A stretch of 64,000 nt of DNA from the NCBI RefSeq assembly GCF_009914755.1, contig NC_060947.1. One strand, given 5' to 3'. The notes beneath the pieces are model-generated. The model made no database searches, was not told where the DNA came from, and worked only from the letters and a program-made list of their open reading frames with translations. This stretch comes from the human T2T-CHM13v2.0 reference genome, Homo sapiens. Of this stretch, positions 41,991-64,000 are shown in pieces (position 1 is the stretch's first letter; each line of letters starts with the position of its first letter). The translations under genes and the position numbers were made by a program.

Positions 41991-44147
41991 TTAAAAATGT
42001 TATCAGACCTGCTATTCTACAGTTCTGGCTCTATGTGTATAGTATACATACTCATATTTTTAAGAAACCCAATAACAGCATTTTCTGTCATATGGCTTTT
42101 CCCACTACCTTTCCTTTCATTGAAAGGAATAGCCAACAGCAACACAATCTTTGTGTTTCATTAATGAAATAATGCTGTTCATTCTATTATTAAATGGAAC
42201 TTTTCTAAATTATTAATACCTTAGCTGTTGTGTGGAGTTTAACTGTACTTCATCAGAGCCAGAGAGGTGAAAACAAATTCAAATTTTATAGTAATTATTG
42301 TTTGGAATGAAACAATAGCAGAAATACCTAAAAGAAAAACCCCAAGTCTTGTTTCAGTTAATAGAGTACCTTTATAGTTATCTTTGTTGCAAGGATGAAT
42401 TCTCAAAGAAAACAGTTATTTATGACAAGTACGCCATTCACTGCAAACCCACAATAAAGATAATTTCAAATAATTTTTAGTAGAGAACATTTAGTATTTA
42501 GAGAAATTTGGAATTTTTAGTATTCGAAAAACATTTGCATAAATGCTTGAAATTTTTCAAAATGGAAAAAGCTTTTTTCCCTAGTACTACAGGATCGTTG
42601 TAAAATATGTTATAAAGATACAGAAAACGTAAATGTTCCTCCATAATTCCACCCTCCTAGAGCTAACACTGTTAACAGCTTGGTATGTATCCTTTTAGAT
42701 TTTACAAATGCCCATATAAACATGTAGAAGAATCTTTTACATAAATAAGGCCATATTATACATACTGTTATATAACTGTTTTTTTTTCCTTACTTAGAAA
42801 TATATTTGAAGCTCTTTCTATGACAATGTATAAGCATTCATCATTCTATCAGATCCTTGTAAATGTCTGCCTGGCACACTATCTTATGAATATTTATAAT
42901 TTAATCAATTCCCAATTGATGGACTTTTCGGTTATTTTCAATTTTGTATTATTATAAACAATAATTAAGACCATAATTTTCTGAAGCCAGAGGGCACTAA
43001 CTCAAACATTATAGCATAGACACAGCAGTTCATTAATAATGTAATTAAGACAAACCCACTAAGATTCAGATGTATCTTTTAAAATGGCTTTTTAATAACC
43101 TGAACTCTAGCATTTTATGAAAGTATACTTTGTAGGTTTCCCTTAATTTAACAGTTAAATTTCTGTTGAATGAAAAAAACTCACAAAATATACTCACAAA
43201 ATGTACTTATGCACATAGGCAAGGTCTGGAAAGTAACATGGAACACTTATATAAGCAGATTTGTTAAGTGTGTGAGATTACAGGTACATTTTCTTATGTT
43301 ATTGCTATATGTGTTTTATACAATAAACTTAAATTTTTTTCTCGTTTTTACTGACTTTCAATATATTTCAAAATCCAAATTTTTCATAATGAAGCCATCA
43401 ACCATTTTCCTGCTAAAAGTGAGTCTCACAACACTGCTGCACCTCTAATACTTTAATAATACGCATTTGTTGAAATATTCTCTAAGCTAAGGACTTGTAA
43501 AAGTAATGACATTTCAAAGCCTCCCCAAAACAATCTCAATTAATTTTCAACATTTTAGTTCAGAAAAACTTAAAAACCTGAGTTTTCCACATGTTGGAAA
43601 CTACACATAAATTCCTGTAAATTTAATAGACAGGAGACTAAATCAGTCATCATGATACTCTATTAAAGAAGAAAACTTTACTCAACTTACTTCCAGGTAA
43701 TTAGGCACATTGGGGTAACTACCCATAAACGGGACATGTTGGCCAGGACTGTGAATGGGGCTCTGCTGTGGTATCACCTTTCCTCTAAACAGCTGTCATA
43801 GCCATGAAAACCTTGTAAGCCAAAACAAAACAAAACAAAAAAACCATTCCCACAGACCCTCACCAGACCTGAAGTCCAGCCTTCCTAGCTCAGCCCATTT
43901 ACAAGTTCATTATGTAACTTCTCTGTGCCAGGCCCTGTGCTAGGTGCTGAGGATATAAAATTACTAGGAAAAGTGCCTGCCTTCATTGAGCTTCCTTACA
44001 GGAATGGATTAGATAATTTTTTCCCTCAAAACAGAGATCACCATGTGTTATGCTAGCATCACCTATCCTCATTCATCTGCCTACTCCAATTTTACTATTA
44101 GAAAAATTCTTTAATATACTTTAGATACCAAGTTTGTTAGAAAACTA

Positions 44148-44450
<303 letters not shown>

Positions 44451-44842
44451 TTAGCCTTTTTAGCATGATCTTCACCTGAATTTTAATAAATTTAAAAATA
44501 AAAGGAATAAAGTTCTCCTTACATATATTTACATACACATATACCCCTAAATCTTACTCCTTATTATTCTTGGTTATTAAACCAATCTGTTAAATACAAA
44601 ACTGAACTTCAAAGACCATTTTAAATTACAAGTGTAACTTCAAAAAACAAATACAAATTAAATGGCCTTCTTTGTACTAGAGGAAGTATTTTAAAAAGGG
44701 AATCTTGCATTTCATAACTATGTTAACTTTACAATATTGATCTGATAAAGTGACACTGGACAAAGGTTCTCTTTCAGCTTCAAAAGATGAAAAGCTGGTC
44801 CTGTCAGTTGATAATAGTTGCTGAGAATAAAACAATCCACTA

Positions 44843-44921
44843 TAGGTTGGTGCAAAAGTAATTGCGGATTTTGCAATTAAAAGTAATGGCAAAAATCGCA
44901 ATTGCTTTTGCACCAACCTAA
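44843..44921. mobile_element. Intact MADE1 MITE (palindromic) in MOSPD1 intron
   Basis: taggttggtgcaaaagtaattgcg...cgcaattgcttttgcaccaacctaa, TA flanks. Confidence 0.93.
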
Positions 44922-45871
44922 TAGCTACTACCTAGTCACTAGTCCTGGTATTACCAGAAAATCTAGATGGTCCCTAATGGACTAGGAAAAAACTCTTGGC
45001 TACAGTAAATCAAAGAGGCACTACTCCCTGTTATTGAAATAAACATCCTAAAACAAACAAACTGATACGACTGAATGTAACAGCAAGTAGATTTTTTTTA
45101 ATCCTTCATAAAATGTTGCAATTTCAAGGACAGCTGCTATCATATTCATGTACCAGTATCACCATCAAAAAGTTTCCAGTTTCCCTGGTTTTCTATGGAA
45201 AATTTTATCATCCTCCTATTACAACAGGTTTAGGAGGAGATAATGAGAAGTTAAGAAGACGGGATAATGACGTCCAAAGAGTTGAATATGAGGGTAGTGT
45301 CAATGTTGAAAGAATATATCATAACACTTCTGAATATCTAAGCTGGAAGGAAATGAGGGCTGGAGAGGGATTCAATTAATAGCCCACAGGGGATATCATA
45401 ATCTACTTAGTTTAATTAACTTCAACTTTAATGAGATTTTTTTTTTTTTCAAAATAATATGAACAGTGCACTAAGCTTGGCCTATTGCCAAACACAATCT
45501 CTCTCTTCCTTGGAACTAATTAAATGAGAAAGGATATAGGAAAGTCATGGAAACAAAAGTATAGGAACTGCCAAATTGTACTAGCTTCATAAAGTATGGT
45601 GCCTGCAGTCTTAGATATATTTATGTTTATGTTTAAATACAGATATATTTAAAAGGCTACAGCAACATCTACCCGCTCCTTACAGCCTGGTCCAGTGAGG
45701 GGTATTCCCTCCTCTCAAAGTCCACCTCCAGGCTTCTTGTTCTACTTCAGGTACCTGATTCTCTAGGTGCAGTTTTGAAGTAGTTGACCATGTTTGAAGT
45801 GGTAGATGATTTTTCTAGTAATTATTCTTAGCTGCCTGATTATTTTAAAGTTAATAATGTGTAAGACCTCA

Positions 45872-46147
<276 letters not shown>

Positions 46148-46380
46148 TTAGATTTCTGGGGGCCGGCCAAACAGAAGGCAGTGAGATATTTTAATATATT
46201 AAACAATATTAACTGACTACAACCAAATACTCAAAAACAGAAATTTGCTAAGATGTTAAAAAATCACAGTATAACCCAAAAGAAATGAGTAATTCGGAAA
46301 CATTGGATGAAAGCACATAATCTAAAACACAGAATAAAAGTCTTAAGCAAAAAAATAACAGGTAAAGAAAATTCCTTTTT

Positions 46381-47349
<969 letters not shown>

Positions 47350-48174
47350 TAACACATTTATTTGGCAAGAGACTACATTTCTTTGTAATAGCTCTTGCTT
47401 ACTGTGTACTGAATGAAAATTTTTAAAAATGTGCAAAAACGTTCTCAAAGATACATCATTTTATGGCTTTGAGCTGGTGAAAAAGTATTCAAAAGAAAAG
47501 AATTCTGCTTCTCATTCTCACAGAAGATTTAAACAAATACAGTGTACTTGGTAGCTTAAATTAAGGGCTGGTCAATGGATCCATCTGGTCACCACTAGTT
47601 CTAAAATAAAAATTAAATATGAACAGCTTGAACAATCATTTATCTGACACTCTAAGATGAAATTATCTGGAAGAGCTCAAATAATATTTTACAGATGAGT
47701 GGTTGCACAACTGCTTCCTGTTTATATAGATTAACTTCCAGGCTTTTAGTTGAATCACTTCAGATGAACTTATATTACCCTTGTTCTTAGACTGTAGTAT
47801 TACATTTTTCCAAATGTCACTATAATAGCAGTATGTTCCAAGGAAAGCTAAATCCCCTATTATAGCTGGAGAAATTTAAAGGAATAAGTCAGAACTTTAC
47901 CTTTATAAGCATCCCTGGTATGACTAAAACCACAACAATGAGAAAATGTTCATGGAGATACTAACATATACATGAGCTCCAACGTAATAAAATATTATTA
48001 AGTATTTGGCCGAATCTCTTAGAAACAATTTCGATAGACAAACTTTCGGCAAAAATTCAAAATATAATAAATGCCTATGTGAGAACAGCTTCAAGAAAAT
48101 ATCTTTTTTTTTCAAGTTAAAAACATAAATATTAACACACTTAAAACGTGTTACCAGGAATTGATCTTGACTTA

Positions 48175-48264
<90 letters not shown>

Positions 48265-48306
48265 TCACAATGGCCATTAGTGTTTTTTTTTTTTAATTAG
48301 TTTCTA

Positions 48307-48561
<255 letters not shown>

Positions 48562-48593
48562 TCAAATCTATTTTGGACTTTTCTTAGATTCAG

Positions 48594-48611
48594 TTAAAAA
48601 CTCCAAAGCAT
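48594..48611 (-). promoter_or_regulatory. Upstream ORF MLWSF* in MOSPD1 5' UTR
   Basis: AAA ATG CTT TGG AGT TTT TAA inside the exon, ending 74 nt before the main ATG. Confidence 0.7.
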
Positions 48612-48732
48612 TTTGGCAATCTAGAAATAGAAGGAGAAAGCGAGAAGAAAAGTGAATGATCCCAATTTTCATTAATCTATAGCCCCTACACAAAAAGTAT
48701 ATTTAGCATGCATTAAAACAGGCCCCTGAATC

Positions 48733-56356
<7,624 letters not shown>

Positions 56357-56691
56357 GTCCTGCTTCCCTGATGCTGACTACCACACATGCCCTAATCTGT
56401 AGCAATTGTCCCTGCTTATCAAGATCAGAGTTCTCAAAGGATGATCCAAAATTCAAGTCACAACTAAGTCTGCATTATCTTCATTTGTGTTTCCTTTTCA
56501 GTTTTATAAAGAAAAATCAAGAGACAATTTCACTTACTGAGTGGCACACACTATTTTCCTGATGATGAAACAGCTATAGTTGTCAGGAACTATTCATCAG
56601 GGCATTAATAATGAAGGTTTGCTGCATTCTTCCTCTCTGGACAGCAAAATTTTACTCATTTTTCAAAACCTAATTCAAATTCCCCTTCCCT

Positions 56692-57182
<491 letters not shown>

Positions 57183-58094
57183 GAATGGAATATTTTGACA
57201 TTTGTTTTGTGTGCATTAATTTTGACTTCTCAGTTAGATTTTAGGTATAATGCCATATTGTTGTTTGGTGGGATGCTTTTGTTTTTTGCACCCCTCACAG
57301 GCCCAAGGTCAGTGCTGGGCACTTAGCAGATAGCTAAAAGCTTATCAGTTATCCTACAGATGTCTACTAATAACTGTCTCCTCCACTGGGGAACATTCCC
57401 CCCACCACTCGCCCGTCATAGCTGAACACACTTTGTCTATACAAGACAAGCAAGGGATCCTAATTAGAGGAGCAGTAAATCTTAAGTGGCTGCTCACCAT
57501 GGGTTGGGGTAAGAGGAGAGCAGAGAGAATCAGCACTCCCAGTTACCTCTCTTCCCCTCTTCTCCCCTCCCCTCCTTCTGTTTCCCTCTGATTTTCCCTG
57601 GCTCTTCAGTGCCTAACTGTGCCAGCAAGCATTTAGAAATCTGAGGCTCCAACACACTTCTGACCTCACAGGCAGAGAGCGCAGCTGAGATCTGGTGATA
57701 CAGGAAACTGTCTTGTCTTCCTCCCCTGTACCAAAGGCACAGAAAAACAATCCTGAATGAAATTATAAAGAAAACCTTATGTGTGCACACCACCTTGTGA
57801 CCAGTTTGCAAACTACTCTGACACAAAAAGACGCATAAACACTCTGAGATATTCACACATGCCTGCCACTACCATCAATCCAAGGAGACCAGTACCCCAA
57901 AGTATGATGGTTTTTTCCATTTTCCTCACTTTGCATTGACCAGAGGAATGAAAAGATAAGACTTTGAGATAAACAGGAATCCATTTTACCACCATAGATA
58001 CAAAACTTAGAGACCGTTAAGGAGCACTGAAACCACTTTCATAGCATTTTCTCATTTGCACCCTGCAACCTGTTTTTAGAAAGAGGAGGCTGCA

Positions 58095-59559
<1,465 letters not shown>

Positions 59560-59962
59560 TTATTATATACAAGGCACTGTGCTAGGGAATATGGAGACAA
59601 GATGAAAATATTTTGTCAGCCTTCCAAAAACTCAGACTAGCAGGAAAAACAGATATACAGCAGTAATTAAGATATGATGTGAGCAGTGTTAAACTGCTGA
59701 TAGATATAAAGTGCTCTGGGAGCATAAAGAAAGTGATCATCTGCCTTAAGGCTAGTCTGCAGTAGAAGTGGAGGGCCGGGTGAATTCCAGGAAGAATGTG
59801 TGTAGAAGCATGAAAGGGATGCTTAAAATGAGCTTTGGCATTGCATATGGTTAAAAACAGCAAATATGGGGAGAGGGGCAAGTTTCGGCTAGAAAGGTAA
59901 GTTAGAGGCAGATTGTGCAAGATTTTGTGAACGTTTGGGGGTTTAGACTTGATTCCCTATGC

Positions 59963-60107
59963 CAGTGGTTCTGGCTTGTTAGAAACACAAATTCTTGGTT
60001 CTCACCCTAGACCTACTGAATCAGAAATTCCGGGATTGGGGCCCAGCCATCTGTTTTAACAAGTCTTCCAGGTGATTCCGATCCACACTAAACTTTGAGA
60101 ACCACTG
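59963..60107. mobile_element. MER5A-like hAT element
   Basis: TIRs cagtggttct / agaaccactg; agacctactgaatcagaaa core. Confidence 0.85.
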
Positions 60108-61159
60108 CTGCAGGCAATAGGAAACCACTTAAGGATTTTTTCTTTTTTAAATATAGGGATAAGGTCTCGCTATGTTGCCCAGGCTGGTCTTGAACTCCTG
60201 GCCTCAAGCAACCTTCCTGCCTTGGCCTCCCAAAGCACTGGGGTTACAAGTGTAACCTACGATTTTGCCTGGCCTTAAGGATTTTAAGCACAGAACTGAC
60301 CAATTCAGATTTGAAGTTGGACAGGGGTTGCCATTGACCATTCAAGCACAACACCTGACTCCTGAGTAGTTACTATAAAAAATTAAAAAACTGTTGAATG
60401 AATGTGGCATGAAGCAATGATGAGGGCCTAGGCTAAGGCTGCAGGAATGGAGAAGAAACAGATTTTAGAGATGTTTTACATGTGACCCAATTCAACCAGG
60501 TGACTAGGATATATCCATACAAAGGTGTAACTGAAATGGTTTTTATATAAAAGAAACCTGTAATTCTGTGGAATATACTAACTGCTAGGCTTGAAAAAAG
60601 TGGTCCTCATAGAACCTGGAAAAAGGGGAAGTCAAGAGCAAGTTCTTTGTGTTTCCATATAGTCAATAGCAAAGCTTGCCTTGGCTTGTACGTGAGTCTT
60701 CTGGTCTGTTTGGCAGTTCTCACTGAGAGTTAGCAAATTGCCATTCATGCTCATAGAAATCTTTTGAGTTTGGTTGGTGTGAATCAATCAGTGAGACTGA
60801 CAATTTCTTGATGTGCCAATGAAATTTTGAACCTGGAAAAGCTGAAAACCAGACATTGGTTCTGGTGATCTAACCAAGGTACTGCTAAAGTAAGACACTG
60901 CTAGAGCCTTCCTTCTTAAAAAAAATTCTAACTTCATCACTAATAACGTGGTCTGCCTAATCCAGGAAGAAGCTGGAATGAGTAAAAGAATCAGACTTTG
61001 TTTTCTGCCCTGAAGGTCAAGAAAGTCAACTGAAACTGTTATTTCTAATTTTGGAGGCAGGATTTAGCTGAGGCCATCTTCAATTTCCCGATGAAAAGAG
61101 GTATAGGTCAACCTATATGGTTAAAATACCTAATGAGAATTTTGCAGGGTGCAATTCCT

Positions 61160-62510
<1,351 letters not shown>

Positions 62511-63529
62511 AAAATGTCTATATATTCCATTTTAAACTTCTTTAAAAACAGAAAAAGAATAGTAGCAAATTACTTTATTGACCTATTAGGGAATGGAATA
62601 GCTTCTCTGATCATTTCTTAACTGTTAGTTTTCAGAAAATGGAGTTAAATGTAAAAGCTCTCTAAGAAAAGAAAAATAAAACACTTGGGAAGCAAATGTA
62701 CATAAACAATTTAAGGAAGAAGCATGCATTGTTTTACAAGCTATTTGTTCTATTGTCTATTTTTGCCTATAAAGGAGTAACTTTATACTGAATATTGTCC
62801 ATTACATTTAATTATATATTATTAATACATGTATGGAGAATCTATCACAGCTATCCCTTACAGAGTTGAAAAATTCCAAAATTTCAACTCTCCTAGTATT
62901 TAGGTATACCTGTTGTTTTAAGAGTTCAAGAAATGCTTCAGAAACTAGTTTAATCTCGCATCCTGATTGGGTATGTAGACGTGAACAACTTGAAAGACAC
63001 ATTTGGCCGTTTCCTGTTTTCCAAACTTCCCACTACCAACTATAAGTGTAATCTAAAAGTTGGTATCCACTCCATATTCAATATCCTGTATATAGTCTTT
63101 TCTAGGCAAAGAGATTTTCCAGTACTCAGAGTAAGTGTGGACAAGATATTCACCAAGAATATTAAATCCCATGTGTGCCTTGCCTGAAAAAGTAGACTTT
63201 CTCCTTTCTGTCTGGAATTCACATTAAGAATGCAATGCACTCTGAAAGAACAGGACTGCTTTTTAGGCAAGATCCAAAGGACACAATTTTTCACGTTTGA
63301 GTCCTCTTCTTATCTCCCTCAAAGGTCAATTTTCACTTAGCATTTGTCCTCTCGTTCCCCGACGTGAGATCTCTCAGATTCTACTGGGGCAGATCTGCTA
63401 CTTCAGCTGGAGAGGGCAGATGTCAATTACTTTCTTTCAAAGGGGGAAACCGCAGAACATTGATTAAGGGCAGGAGGGCTGGAGAGGGAGTACAAAATGG
63501 ACTGTCCTAGGATTTCAGCTCCACCTGAC

Positions 63530-64000
63530 TGGGGCCCAGCCTTCCCAGCCCACGTCCCCACACCGGCCGCTCCATGTGAAACCGGTCATGTGAGCCTGTT
63601 TACAGCAGAGCAGCTGGTGCAACCATCAAGATCCGTGCAGAGGTCTGGGGAGGGGGAAGGATACAGGCCACGCACCCCCTACACCCTACCCCATTTTTCC
63701 AAGAAGGCGTTCGCTCTCCCCTCCCCGCCTCTCCACCCTACTTTCATCTCCCTCCAGGCAAAGAGAGTAAAGCTGAGGCTATCCCGGGACGCCTCGCTCC
63801 AACCCTGCCGATTTCCTTCCAGTTGCTCGCTGGGGCAACCGGCTAGGCTGGAGGAAGGGCGAGGACGGTGTCACCCCAAACGGGGAGTCAACTTCCCTCC
63901 CCCAGCCGTCCTCGGTGCATCCACCGAAGAGTTGTCCCGCGAGCCGCATCCCCGGGGCAACCGAACTCCGTCGGGCAGGCACCGAGAGGCTCCCGAGCCT
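63530..64000. promoter_or_regulatory. Edge of CpG island, probable MOSPD1 promoter-proximal region/intron 1
   Basis: Sharp rise in GC and non-repeat CpG density at the 5' side of the minus-strand gene; GC-box-like ccccgcct near 63724. Confidence 0.8.

Noticed and set aside
45113-45379. 88-aa + strand ORF antisense within MOSPD1
   Set aside because: No recognisable homology, promoter or pseudogene hallmarks; length compatible with chance.

Overview
Primate, almost certainly human, genomic DNA. The recognised genes point to Xq26.3, assigned from recall and not by a database search. The window is very Alu-dense (roughly 55 copies), with older L1, L2, MIR, CR1, MaLR, ERV1 and DNA-transposon relics. 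Two convergent protein-coding genes are supported. (1) The last two coding exons of PABIR3/FAM122C lie on + (1875-1971, 3166-~3300). (2) All five coding exons of MOSPD1 lie on - and splice with GT-AG sites to 642 nt, i.e. 213 aa plus stop; its non-coding exon 1 probably lies just past the window, whose last ~500 bp are CpG-rich. Almost all ORF-track entries are Alu or other repeat artefacts. I see no clear new multi-gene system. Best leads: the two PABIR3 exons are open in two reading frames and carry an apparent 1-bp deletion that cuts off the family C-terminal tail; a uORF precedes the weak MOSPD1 start; two candidate poison exons; an intronic miR-548-like MADE1 hairpin; and a zero-spacer inverted Alu fusion. 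Repeat boundaries and subfamilies are by eye and approximate.
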